From a virus (taxonomy: Duplodnaviria; Caudoviricetes): DNA of 48,105 bases. Within the stretch, counting starts at the first letter, position 1. Each line of letters starts with the position of its first letter. Both the position numbers and the translations under genes were made by a program. Of this stretch, positions 16,951 to 25,869 are shown in pieces. The DNA lies in IMG/VR virus record IMGVR_UViG_3300045821_000004, positions 1-48,105 of that record. The stretch is one strand, 5' to 3'. The notes below the pieces were generated by a model that ran no database searches, was not told the origin of the DNA, and saw nothing but the letters and a program-made list of their open reading frames with translations.

Positions 16951-18140
16951 TATTAATACTAAAAAGACTATTATATATTAATAACTATAACCAATATAGA
17001 CAACATATAAAGATTAATAAAGATAATAAAGAACTATATAATATATATAATACATTAGATAGTTTAATAGAAGTATATAATAGAGATATAACATTTGATG
17101 AATTTAAATTGTCTTTATTAGTTAAATATCCTGATTATGAATGTTTTACAACTCAAATAGAGAAAGCAGAGGTTAGTGATGAACTACTATCATCTCTCAT
17201 CAACACAACAGTGGAGCGAAGCCTTGCACACAATCTTGCCCTTATATCTCTTGACGTATCCGAAGGACGTAAAGAAGTTGAAGCAATTCATTCATTCTAT
17301 GAAACAAGCTTTAAAGAACGACAGCACATCGAAGATGTTGTCTTTATAACAGACAATTTAGAGGAGCTTTACAATGATACACGACATAATAAAGGACTCA
17401 GATGGAGACTTAACACTCTTAACAGAATGCTTGGAAGTCTGCGAAAAGGCGACTTCGGCTTCATATTCGCACGTCCTGAAACTGGAAAAACAACTTTCCT
17501 CGCTTCAGAAACTACTTTCTTCGCTTCACAAACATCTCAACCAATCATCTGGTTCAACAATGAAGAAGGAGGAGCCAAGGTCAAAATTCGATGCTTCCAA
17601 GCAGCCCTGGGTTGCACCCTCACTACTCTCTACACTGACAGAGAGAAGGCAGAAGCGGAATACCTCAGACGAACACATGGAAACATCCTGCTCTATGATG
17701 ATGCCGGAATTCATAGAAAACGAGTGGAATCCATAATAAAACAATATCAACCTGCTTTAGTTGTCTTTGACCAAATAGATAAAGTGAAAGGATTTATAAA
17801 TGAAAGAGAAGACCTCAGATTGGGTTCCATCTATATATGGGCACGGGAACTTGCAAAGTCTTATTGTCCTGTTATCGGAGTATGCCAAGCAGATGTCACT
17901 GGAGAAGGACGTAAATGGCTTAACATGGATAATGTCGCTAACGCCAAAACTGCCAAACAAGCCGAAGCAGACTGGATTCTTGGAATTGGAGCAACTCATG
18001 AAATTGGATTAGAACACATTAGATATTTACATCTTTCTAAAAACAAACTCTCAGGAGATGAAGACTCAGACCCCACTATGAGACATGGACGTATAGAGTG
18101 TATTATTCAACCAGAACTTGCAAGATATAAAGACTTATAA
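16941..18140 (+). CDS. Replicative DnaB-like (SF4) helicase
   Basis: Walker A ARPETGKT, NEE, VVFDQIDK, VCQ, KQAEAD, LSKNK. Confidence 0.92.
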   Translation: MLELLILKRLLYINNYNQYRQHIKINKDNKELYNIYNTLDSLIEVYNRDITFDEFKLSLLVKYPDYECFTTQIEKAEVSDELLSSLINTTVERSLAHNLALISLDVSEGRKEVEAIHSFYETSFKERQHIEDVVFITDNLEELYNDTRHNKGLRWRLNTLNRMLGSLRKGDFGFIFARPETGKTTFLASETTFFASQTSQPIIWFNNEEGGAKVKIRCFQAALGCTLTTLYTDREKAEAEYLRRTHGNILLYDDAGIHRKRVESIIKQYQPALVVFDQIDKVKGFINEREDLRLGSIYIWARELAKSYCPVIGVCQADVTGEGRKWLNMDNVANAKTAKQAEADWILGIGATHEIGLEHIRYLHLSKNKLSGDEDSDPTMRHGRIECIIQPELARYKDL

Positions 18141-18152
18141 GGAGAACGGGAA

Positions 18153-18425
18153 ATGAATAAAGATGTCAGTCAGTATTGCCCAAGCTGCGAAGCGTTGGGT
18201 AAACGAATAGCGGAGCTTGAATCCCAGCTTGCCGCGAAGGGTGAGCCTGATGGCTACGTGCTGGTTCCTGTGGAGCCTACTGTAGATTATATATGCAAAA
18301 CTAGGATAGGTGAAGCCATTGGTGAACTGCTAGGAAGGAAATGCAGAGGGTCATATTCACATGAATCAAGCGATTACTTAAAAATTTGGAAAGCCATGCT
18401 GCAATTTGAGGAGAACGGGAAATGA
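18153..18425 (+). CDS. Accessory hypothetical protein
   Basis: AGGAG RBS; RIAELESQL..PDGYVLVPVEPT typical of mosaic phage accessory genes. Confidence 0.7.
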   Translation: MNKDVSQYCPSCEALGKRIAELESQLAAKGEPDGYVLVPVEPTVDYICKTRIGEAIGELLGRKCRGSYSHESSDYLKIWKAMLQFEENGK

Positions 18426-18676
18426 CAAAAGAACGCGAACAGTTTGATAAGTGGTGGGAGAACTTTAAAGACGCTCATGAAGAATGGAAATTTGCAGACC
18501 GTGAGGCTCTATTGCTTGCTGCATACCGCCAAGGGCAGCGTGACTTCGGTGAACTTGTTATTGACCAGATGAAATACACCGATGTGTTTTGGAAGAAAGT
18601 ATTGCGTGATGACATTTGCAAGGTGCTTGAAGATTTAACCGTATCACAAGGACAAAGCAATGAAAGCACGATTTGA
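18422..18676 (+). CDS. Accessory hypothetical protein
   Basis: Same RBS-ATG junction as the previous gene; EREQFDKWW. Confidence 0.65.
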   Translation: MTKEREQFDKWWENFKDAHEEWKFADREALLLAAYRQGQRDFGELVIDQMKYTDVFWKKVLRDDICKVLEDLTVSQGQSNESTI

Positions 18677-18744
18677 AGCATCCCTGTTGCGGCTGGCCGC
18701 TTCTGGCCTGTCACTCTTGAATGATGGGTTAGAAGGCGGAAACC

Positions 18745-18927
18745 ATGAAACAGAAAAGGCCGGAACACTGCTACATGTGCCCACACCATAACAAGGCCGG
18801 ACACAAAAAAGGCACAGCGTTGCACGGTAGTAAGTTTGACAACTGGTGCTGCAAGTTCAGCACTGCGGCACCGAAGGCTGTATCTGTTTGCTTGGCGCAA
18901 AACGGCAAGCCTTCTAACGTGATATAG
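18745..18927 (+). CDS. Small Cys/His-rich protein in cassette-like context
   Basis: CYMC..WCC..C; flanked by GTTAGAAGGC / GCCTTCTAAC. Confidence 0.55.
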   Translation: MKQKRPEHCYMCPHHNKAGHKKGTALHGSKFDNWCCKFSTAAPKAVSVCLAQNGKPSNVI

Positions 18928-19038
18928 AAAACAACATTGCAAAACGCTGATACCGCCTAAATCAGCACACTACGATTGCGTACTTAAATAACACGACAAT
19001 CGGTATTTATGGGCAACCTAAAAATGAGGAGAACTGAA

Positions 19039-19464
19039 ATGAAACCAAAACTACCGGCAAACTTTCCACCCAGCACAACACTACTCAATCTTAATGACCC
19101 TCATTTTGCCAAGCAACTAGCAAATGTACTCGGTGTAGAAAAAGGTGAATCTGTTGAGATTATAACTTCGCAGTTTACACGCACTGATGGCAAAAAGATA
19201 ACTTACATGCCAACAACGGTAGAGGAGTTTGATAGGTTAAAAACAATGAGCGAAAACAATCTAAAGATTGCTGGTTGCCAGATATGGGATAAGGAAAATG
19301 GTAACACACACTGGTTATATCCCGCTGAGTGGTACAACTTCATTCCAGACGGCTATATTGTCACTGGTATAAGTGGAGAAGCTAAACCATTTAGACGTGG
19401 CGCTACCGATGATGACGTGAGGTACGGTGTACTTGCTTATGGATTTGTACAAAAGGAGAACTAG
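19039..19464 (+). CDS. Hypothetical protein
   Basis: GAGGAG RBS before ATG 19039; HWLYPAEWYNFIPDG..DDDVRYGVLAYGF. Confidence 0.75.
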   Translation: MKPKLPANFPPSTTLLNLNDPHFAKQLANVLGVEKGESVEIITSQFTRTDGKKITYMPTTVEEFDRLKTMSENNLKIAGCQIWDKENGNTHWLYPAEWYNFIPDGYIVTGISGEAKPFRRGATDDDVRYGVLAYGFVQKEN

Positions 19465-19466
19465 AA

Positions 19467-20018
19467 ATGAGTAATACTTTTCTAATAGCAGATACACATT
19501 TTGGACATAAGAATATTCTTTCTTTTCTCCGAGAAGACAACACTCCGCTTCGTCCTGGCTTTACTGATATAAGAGAACATGACGAAACCTTAGTAAACAA
19601 CTGGAACTCTGTTGTAAAACCAAATGACAAAGTATATCATCTAGGTGACTGTGGTTTTAAAAACTTCACATATATGAAGCATGTCTTTGACCAGTTAAAT
19701 GGAACCAAAGTACTTATTAAGGGCAACCACGACAACTTTAAACTCTCACAATATGCACAGCTATTTAAGGATATTCGAGGTATTCACTCCTTAGATAAAA
19801 TACTCCTCTCCCACATTCCTATTCATCCTAATAGTTTATCTAGATGGAAAGGAAATGCTCACGGACATCTTCATAATAAACATGTAGAAAATAGTCATTA
19901 TCTAAATCTTTGTGTAGAAAATTGGAATTACACCCCTGTACCTTTTGAAACTATTAGAAGCTACTTTAACAACATTATCAAGGAAAAAGCAGATGAAATT
20001 ATACAACGTACCTCGTAA
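19467..20018 (+). CDS. Calcineurin-like metallophosphoesterase
   Basis: DTHFGH, HLGD, GNHD, SH, HGHLH motifs. Confidence 0.92.
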   Translation: MSNTFLIADTHFGHKNILSFLREDNTPLRPGFTDIREHDETLVNNWNSVVKPNDKVYHLGDCGFKNFTYMKHVFDQLNGTKVLIKGNHDNFKLSQYAQLFKDIRGIHSLDKILLSHIPIHPNSLSRWKGNAHGHLHNKHVENSHYLNLCVENWNYTPVPFETIRSYFNNIIKEKADEIIQRTS

Positions 20019-20214
20019 CACCTATGTAAGAGTTAATGAAGAAACAGGAGCACCACCAGGTGCTCTTCCTTGTGACCAAGGTACAGTTGTTCACTTCTGT
20101 CACATAGATGGTATGTATAGCTATTGCAAAGACCTTAATGGCAATGTTATACATCTTGCTGCTTGGACAGATGTAGAACCTATTAGTGAAGAGGAGTTTA
20201 ACAGTTATGCCTGA
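19993..20214 (+). CDS. Small hypothetical protein
   Basis: AAGGA RBS; MKLYNVPRNT..HIDGMYSYC..HLAAW. Confidence 0.65.
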   Translation: MKLYNVPRNTYVRVNEETGAPPGALPCDQGTVVHFCHIDGMYSYCKDLNGNVIHLAAWTDVEPISEEEFNSYA

Positions 20215-21361
20215 AAACATATACACCATTGATGTTGAAACCACCATAAGCAACAAAGGAAACCCTTTTGACTTAACCAACAAACTTGTTATGGTGGGAG
20301 TTAAACTCTTAGACTCTCACCCAATAACATATGAAACAAACAACCAATTCGATAAGGAAACACGAGATGAACTTACTTACACTATCAGCAGGAGTACTCT
20401 GCTCATTGGGTTTAATATCAAGTTTGACTTGCATTGGCTTCGCCGATATGGGGTTTCCTTGGAAGGCATTAACGTATGGGATTGTCAGCTTGCTGAGTTT
20501 CTTCTTAGCCATCAAAAGCGTCCTTATCCTTCTCTCGACAGTGTAAGTGAGTGGTATGGACTAGGGCAGAAGATAGATAATATTGAACTAAACTACTGGG
20601 ATAAAGGAATAGACACAGACCAAATACCAAAGAATGAACTCTCAGACTATTTGATGCAAGACCTAAACCTTACAGAACTAATATACCAAGAACAGAGGGA
20701 ACTACTATCATCTCAAGGTCTCTTACCTCTATTTAAACTTCAATGTCAAGACCTGTTAGTCTTAGCAGAAATGGAATACAATGGTATATTATTCAACACA
20801 GAGAAAGCTCTAACCAAAGCATCAACAATAGAATCAGAATTAAAGGAGATAGTAAATGAAATTGAAACCTTTACCAATGGAGTACCATTTAACCCAGCTT
20901 CAAACGACCATGTATCAGCTCTTCTTTACGGCGGAACCATCATCGAAGAAATTCGTGTCCCAATTGGAAGGTATGCAACAGGAGAAAAGAAAGGCCAAAT
21001 CAGAAATAAAATACTTAAAAAGGAATACATCCTACCCAGACTTGTGGAGCCTCTAAAAGGCTCAGAAACAGCCAAGGAAGGCTTTTGGAAAGTAAATGAG
21101 ACTGTCCTACGTTCTTTGAAACCAAATGGCAAGGCAAGGCTCCTAATGGCCTTGCTGAACAAGTTTGCAACCCTGGACAAACTACGTGGTACTTATCTTG
21201 TAGGATATAGCAATTTGATAAAGGAAATGAACTGGGAAAAAGATATGATACATGGAACATTAAACCAATGCGTAGCTAAAACTGGAAGATTAAGTAGTAC
21301 AAAACCAAACCTCCAGAATGCTGACCCAACAACTAAAATATTTATGGAGACTCGCTATTGA
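20207..21361 (+). CDS. DNA polymerase family A, N-terminal subunit (3'-5' exonuclease + thumb)
   Basis: ExoI DVET, ExoII FNIKFD, ExoIII YLMQD; ends after TGRLSSTKPNLQN; GAGGAG RBS before ATG 20207. Confidence 0.92.
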   Translation: MPENIYTIDVETTISNKGNPFDLTNKLVMVGVKLLDSHPITYETNNQFDKETRDELTYTISRSTLLIGFNIKFDLHWLRRYGVSLEGINVWDCQLAEFLLSHQKRPYPSLDSVSEWYGLGQKIDNIELNYWDKGIDTDQIPKNELSDYLMQDLNLTELIYQEQRELLSSQGLLPLFKLQCQDLLVLAEMEYNGILFNTEKALTKASTIESELKEIVNEIETFTNGVPFNPASNDHVSALLYGGTIIEEIRVPIGRYATGEKKGQIRNKILKKEYILPRLVEPLKGSETAKEGFWKVNETVLRSLKPNGKARLLMALLNKFATLDKLRGTYLVGYSNLIKEMNWEKDMIHGTLNQCVAKTGRLSSTKPNLQNADPTTKIFMETRY

Positions 21362-21525
21362 TAATAAACTGTGATGCGAAAGCCCTTGAATGGGTTGTAG
21401 GTACATACCTCTCTAAAGACAAAGTAGCTAAGCAAGAAATATTGAATAAAGTAGACCAACATAGTCTTAATCAAAAAGCCTTTAATCTTCCTTCTCGTCT
21501 TATTGCTAAGACTTTTGTCTTTCGT
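21358..21525 (+). CDS. DNA polymerase family A, catalytic subunit exon 1 (motif A to mid motif B)
   Basis: Not in ORF track. GGAG RBS, TTG start overlapping TGA; MIINCDAKALEW (motif A)...RLIAKTFVFR. Confidence 0.85.
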
Positions 21526-21868
21526 TAACAAAATAGCGAAAGTAAAATCGGGTGAATTCGGTGGAACTCCAGAACGGACAATACCGAGCCAAGCAAAGGT
21601 ATTTAAGTTTCGCTTGACAGACTCAATAAAAGAGAGTATGATATTATCTTTACTTTTAATAGGAGATGTCAATGAGAACTTATAAATGTTTGAAAGCCTT
21701 TGAAGGTGTAACGACTAGAGCAAACGCTCGTAGGGTTGACAACAACTCGAAGCCCCCGACAACTAAATCAGCAACACAACTCATTACAGAATGGTTTTTA
21801 AATGAGTATAAAGATTTTAGTTGATGATATAGTCTGCTCTGCATGGGAACATGCAGCTAACATAAAGG
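21526..21868 (+). ncRNA. Group I self-splicing intron (IA-type, 343 nt) in polymerase motif B
   Basis: P1 CTTTCGT/GCGAAAG with U.G at the splice site; P4 TTCGGT/ACCGAG; P7 GACTA/TAGTC; P8 CAACTAAATC/GATTTTAGTTG; P9 CTGCATG-GGAA-CATGCAG; terminal G; removal restores AKTFVFR|LMYGG. Confidence 0.93.
21614..21642 (+). promoter_or_regulatory. sigma70 promoter inside the intron P6 loop
   Basis: TTGACA-17 nt-TATGAT, followed by AGGAG (21661) and ATG (21672). Confidence 0.7.
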
Positions 21869-22417
21869 TTAATGTATGGTGGCTCGGCTTATGCCTACGC
21901 CACTGACCCTGACTTTGCTTCTGTAAACTATTCTGAGAAGCAATGGCAAAAAGTCATTGATGCTTTCTATACTAAATATTATGGCCTTGCGGCATGGCAC
22001 AAAGCTATTGTGCAAGAGGCGACCCAAACAGGTCGCCTCATAATGCCTACAGGACGTATATATAATTTTGAGCTTAAACGCAACTGGAGAGGAGAACTAA
22101 AAACACCGGAAACAATTATAAAGAATTACCCAGTTCAAGGTTTGGGAGCAGACATTATGTCTATAGCTCGTGTAAGTTTTACTAAACGATTTTATAAGGA
22201 AAAAATAAATGGTTGTATTGTTAACACTATCCACGATAGCATCGTTTGTGATGTGGAAGACTCTGAAATACATAGATCAGCGATACTCTTCCACAATGTC
22301 TTCAGAGACATCCCAAGAAACTTCCAACGAATGTTCGGAGTGCAATGGGACCTGCCCTTGCAATGCGAAGTTAGTGTAGGAAAAAATATGGAAGAAACAG
22401 TTGACATAGCTGTTTAG
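21869..22417 (+). CDS. DNA polymerase family A, catalytic subunit exon 2
   Basis: LMYGG (end of motif B), TGR, KNYPVQGLGADI, motif C TIHDSIV. Confidence 0.92.
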   Translation, partial: LMYGGSAYAYATDPDFASVNYSEKQWQKVIDAFYTKYYGLAAWHKAIVQEATQTGRLIMPTGRIYNFELKRNWRGELKTPETIIKNYPVQGLGADIMSIARVSFTKRFYKEKINGCIVNTIHDSIVCDVEDSEIHRSAILFHNVFRDIPRNFQRMFGVQWDLPLQCEVSVGKNMEETVDIAV

Positions 22418-22429
22418 GTGCGTTATAAT
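22401..22429 (+). promoter_or_regulatory. Consensus sigma70 promoter upstream of putative SSB
   Basis: TTGACA-17 nt-TATAAT. Confidence 0.88.
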
Positions 22430-22471
22430 ATATGTATGAACTAAAAATTTAATCAACAAGAAAGGTAATAA

Positions 22472-23005
22472 ATGCAAATCAATGGAACCGTAGTATCAAT
22501 GGAAGCAAATGTACAAGTAACAAAGAAAGATGGAGGGCAATACCCTGGTTATCGTTTAAGCTATCGTGATGATACAGGTAGTCTTAAGGAACAAGCTTTC
22601 CATGTTAATACTTTTAAGTTTAATGCTCCTCTTAAAGGACAACTTGAAGCTCTTTCTCCAGGAGAAACAATTGCCATAGAGAAAGAAAAGAAAGGAGAAT
22701 TCTGGAATGTATTGTCCATTACCAAAACAACTGGAGGACCATCAGCAACTAATACAGGAGCAAAGACAACTGCAACTCCGAGAAGCACATATGAGACACC
22801 AGAAGAACGAGCAACAAAACAAGTATACATCATACGACAGAGCTCCCTATCAAATGCTATTGCCCTTCTAGCCTTGGAAGCTAAGAAGACTCATAGCACA
22901 GAAGATGCTATTAAGACAGCTCAGAAGTTTGAAGAGTATGTTCTTAAAGGTGTCCAATCTTTTGAAGATAAAATTGCAGAAGGAGGAGACTACGACATTG
23001 ACTAA
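22472..23005 (+). CDS. Putative single-stranded DNA-binding protein
   Basis: Beta-rich N-terminus, IIRQSS motif, acidic tail EGGDYDID; own promoter; between polymerase and exonuclease. Confidence 0.6.
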   Translation: MQINGTVVSMEANVQVTKKDGGQYPGYRLSYRDDTGSLKEQAFHVNTFKFNAPLKGQLEALSPGETIAIEKEKKGEFWNVLSITKTTGGPSATNTGAKTTATPRSTYETPEERATKQVYIIRQSSLSNAIALLALEAKKTHSTEDAIKTAQKFEEYVLKGVQSFEDKIAEGGDYDID

Positions 23006-23189
23006 AACATCTACAAACAATATAACAGGAGACAGGATAGTTACTAAACCTGCAACAAAAGCTTATGGTGATTCTTGGGAACGTACTTTTGGTGAAGCTA
23101 AAAAGAAGAATCCCATAGACCAATGGGTAGTAGGAGAATCTGCTGCTTCTCCTAGAGATGAGTACATTGATAGCCCTAATAGACTCTGA
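22998..23189 (+). CDS. Small hypothetical protein
   Basis: AGGAGG RBS, TTG start overlapping previous gene; NNITGDRIVTK..YGDSWERTFG. Confidence 0.55.
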   Translation: MTKTSTNNITGDRIVTKPATKAYGDSWERTFGEAKKKNPIDQWVVGESAASPRDEYIDSPNRL

Positions 23190-23898
23190 TATAGTAGCTT
23201 ATCGTTGTGCAGCTTCCTCTGAGGCAGAGCCAGAAGAAATAGCTCTGCTTCGGACGGAAGGCATGATGAAAGAAATACTAGAAGGCTCAACCTCTTTTGT
23301 TTGTTACCTTACAGGTCCAAACAACTTCCGTTATAAAATCAACCCTGAATATAAAGCCAATAGAAAGGATAAACCTAAACCCATTCATCTACCAATATGT
23401 AGAGAATATTTAATAGATCAATACAATGCTGTTGTAACAGATGGATATGAAGCAGATGATGCTCTTGGTATGGCACAAACAAATGACTCTGTTATTTTTT
23501 CAATAGACAAAGATTTATTAATGATACCAGGTTGTCATTTTAATTTTGTTACTAAAACATATAAGGAGGTAGATGAACTCGAAGGACTTAAAGCTTTTTA
23601 TCGCAGTATGCTTATTGGCGATACTAGTGATAATATTCGAGGTGTGGATGGCATAGGTAAAGTTAAGGCAGGAAGACTAATAGACCCTTGTACTACTGAA
23701 AGTCAAATGTTTGATATAGTATATAAACTTTATAATGATGAAGTACGCTTTTTAATGAATGCTGATTGTTTATATATATGGAGAAATCTTGACGAAAAGT
23801 TCACAGATAGAATGGACAGAGGGAAGGAGGAAATCTTTTATAACATCAGTCCTTCGTGCGGGGAGCAGGAAATGGCCCCCGAAGTACCAGTGTCTTAA
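23158..23898 (+). CDS. 5'-3' exonuclease / flap endonuclease (T7 gp6-like)
   Basis: DSDIVAY, YKANR, EADD, DKDL, GDTSDNIRGVDGIG. Confidence 0.92.
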   Translation: MSTLIALIDSDIVAYRCAASSEAEPEEIALLRTEGMMKEILEGSTSFVCYLTGPNNFRYKINPEYKANRKDKPKPIHLPICREYLIDQYNAVVTDGYEADDALGMAQTNDSVIFSIDKDLLMIPGCHFNFVTKTYKEVDELEGLKAFYRSMLIGDTSDNIRGVDGIGKVKAGRLIDPCTTESQMFDIVYKLYNDEVRFLMNADCLYIWRNLDEKFTDRMDRGKEEIFYNISPSCGEQEMAPEVPVS

Positions 23899-24148
23899 AA
23901 ACGCATATGTCGAAACCAGAATCAATCCCAAGTCAGGCAGAGTTGCAAAGCATTATAAATGCGCTATCTGTAGTGGAACATTTACTTCAACCAATGTACA
24001 GGTCGACCACATTAAACCTTGTATTGGACCCGAAGGATTTCAAACGTGGGACAGATTTATTGAAAGACTGTTCTGCCCGATTGAAAATCTACAAACGGTC
24101 TGTACAGTCTGTCACAAAGAAAAAACAAAAAGAGAAAGGATTAAATGA
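23789..24148 (+). CDS. HNH endonuclease
   Basis: CAIC..VQVDHIKP..NLQTVCTVCHKEKT; GGAG RBS before TTG 23789. Confidence 0.85.
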   Translation: MTKSSQIEWTEGRRKSFITSVLRAGSRKWPPKYQCLKNAYVETRINPKSGRVAKHYKCAICSGTFTSTNVQVDHIKPCIGPEGFQTWDRFIERLFCPIENLQTVCTVCHKEKTKRERIK

Positions 24149-24525
24149 TACCAGCAACCTATAACCAACTATCTAATACTCATAACCCATTTCAAAGCAA
24201 GCGTAAGAAAATACTTACAGTATGTTCAGCAGGTTTGTTACGAAGCCCAACACTAGCTTGGATACTCTCTAATAAACCCTTTGACTTCAATACTAGAGCT
24301 TGTGGTATTAATGAGGAGTATGCCCTAATACCAATCTCTGAAGCTCTTATAGAATGGGCTGATGAGATTGTAGTAGTAGAAGCATATATGAAAACTATTA
24401 TACATAAACATTCACCAGATAGTATTGTTCATGTAATAGAAATACCAGACCAGTTTGAAACAAGAAGCCCTGAACTAATAACAATAGCTACACGAAAACT
24501 AAAGGAGCTCTATGAGGTTAATTAA
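24145..24525 (+). CDS. Low-molecular-weight protein-tyrosine-phosphatase-like protein
   Basis: N-terminal P-loop VCSAGLLRSPT (CX5R), WADEIV, IPD. Confidence 0.85.
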   Translation: MIPATYNQLSNTHNPFQSKRKKILTVCSAGLLRSPTLAWILSNKPFDFNTRACGINEEYALIPISEALIEWADEIVVVEAYMKTIIHKHSPDSIVHVIEIPDQFETRSPELITIATRKLKELYEVN

Positions 24526-24676
24526 TATTATAGAAGACGAACAAGGTTTTATATCTTTTGATGTACAAGCAACAGAGCAAGAGACAGAACACTTAGTAAA
24601 CTATGCTGTCTGCGATATGCTTGACAAAGAAGTAATAAAACTTTCTGAAGAACATATATCCTTAGGTGTAAATTAA
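24512..24676 (+). CDS. Small acidic hypothetical protein (54 aa)
   Basis: AAGGAG RBS; MRLINIIEDEQG...; fills the gap exactly. Confidence 0.55.
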   Translation: MRLINIIEDEQGFISFDVQATEQETEHLVNYAVCDMLDKEVIKLSEEHISLGVN

Positions 24677-25420
24677 TTGAAAATACTTTTATTAGATATA
24701 GAAACAGCCCCTAATGTAGCACATGTATGGGGTATATGGCAACAGAATGTAGCTATTAACCAACTTATGGCTTCTGGCTACACTCTCTGTTGGGCTGCTC
24801 GTTGGATTGGTATGACAGAGACAATATTTGACAGTGTATATATTTCTTCTACTAAGAGTATGCTTACGCATATACATTCTTTGTTAGATGAAGCTGATGC
24901 TGTCATTCATTATAATGGAACTAAGTTTGATATTCCAACACTCAATAAAGAGTTCTTGTTACATGGACTAACTCCACCTAGTCCTTACAAACAAATAGAC
25001 TTACTACGTGTAGCTAGAAACAAGTTTAAATTTCCTTCTAATAAACTAGACTATGTAGCACAAGTACTAGGACTTGGAAAGAAAACTAAACATATAGGAC
25101 ATGAACTATGGGTAGGTTGTATGAATGATGACCCAGAGTGTTGGAAGATGATGCAGGAATATAACATTCAAGATGTGCTTCTATTGGAGAAAGTCTATCA
25201 TAAACTTAAACCTTGGATTGCCAACCATGCGAACTATGCTCTTCATTCTACTGATGGTCTTTGTTGCCCCAACTGTGGCTCAGACTCTTATCAGAAGCGA
25301 GGAGTGTACTACACTCACAATTGTCAGTATCAGCGTTACAGGTGCTCAAGGTGTGGGACATGGTTTAGGAGTACTAAGAACATTACAATTAAAAAGGATA
25401 AATTTGTTTATGCAGCCTAA
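24677..25420 (+). CDS. DnaQ/RNase H-like (YprB-type) exonuclease with C-terminal zinc ribbon
   Basis: LDIET, HYNGTKFDIP, YNIQDV; CPNC..CSRC. Confidence 0.88.
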   Translation: MKILLLDIETAPNVAHVWGIWQQNVAINQLMASGYTLCWAARWIGMTETIFDSVYISSTKSMLTHIHSLLDEADAVIHYNGTKFDIPTLNKEFLLHGLTPPSPYKQIDLLRVARNKFKFPSNKLDYVAQVLGLGKKTKHIGHELWVGCMNDDPECWKMMQEYNIQDVLLLEKVYHKLKPWIANHANYALHSTDGLCCPNCGSDSYQKRGVYYTHNCQYQRYRCSRCGTWFRSTKNITIKKDKFVYAA

Positions 25421-25601
25421 TACTGAAGTAGCTTCTACAATGAAAGACCAATTGCTTAATACAGTTAAGCAACTCCAAGAAAAGAAAATAGACCTTGCTG
25501 TCACTCCTGCTTTGTTTCAATGGGGCTATGATGAATACCCTGATATAGAATTCCAAATGCTCATTAAAGCTATTGAATATGAGTATGGAACAAAACATTG
25601 A
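25410..25601 (+). CDS. Small hypothetical protein
   Basis: 3' part of ORF 25173..25601 from ATG 25410 (MQPNTEV...). Confidence 0.5.
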   Translation: MQPNTEVASTMKDQLLNTVKQLQEKKIDLAVTPALFQWGYDEYPDIEFQMLIKAIEYEYGTKH

Positions 25602-25869
25602 AGAGGTAATTCTTGAGCACATTAGGCTTAGTACAATTACCCGCAGCAGACTTCCAGCTAGAGTTGCGTTCAAAGACACAACATCTTTGTACGGGATTTA
25701 CTGGGGTGGAGATGTCGAGGGATGGATTCCCTGTCGGTGGTGTTATCCGTCGGGTAACTATAGACTGGATGGACGACAGTCAGACCTTGATCTATCCCTA
25801 CCTGACTGGAGGGAACTAAAAGATGGCAATACTAATGATAATATTAATAATAGGACTAATAATACATGA
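25573..25869 (+). CDS. Hypothetical protein
   Basis: ORF in operon orientation; start uncertain. Confidence 0.55.
   Translation: MNMSMEQNIEEVILEHIRLSTITRSRLPARVAFKDTTSLYGIYWGGDVEGWIPCRWCYPSGNYRLDGRQSDLDLSLPDWRELKDGNTNDNINNRTNNT

Noticed and set aside
20207-22417. DNA polymerase as a pseudogene
   Set aside because: All catalytic motifs are intact once the intron is removed and the coupled TTG start is used.
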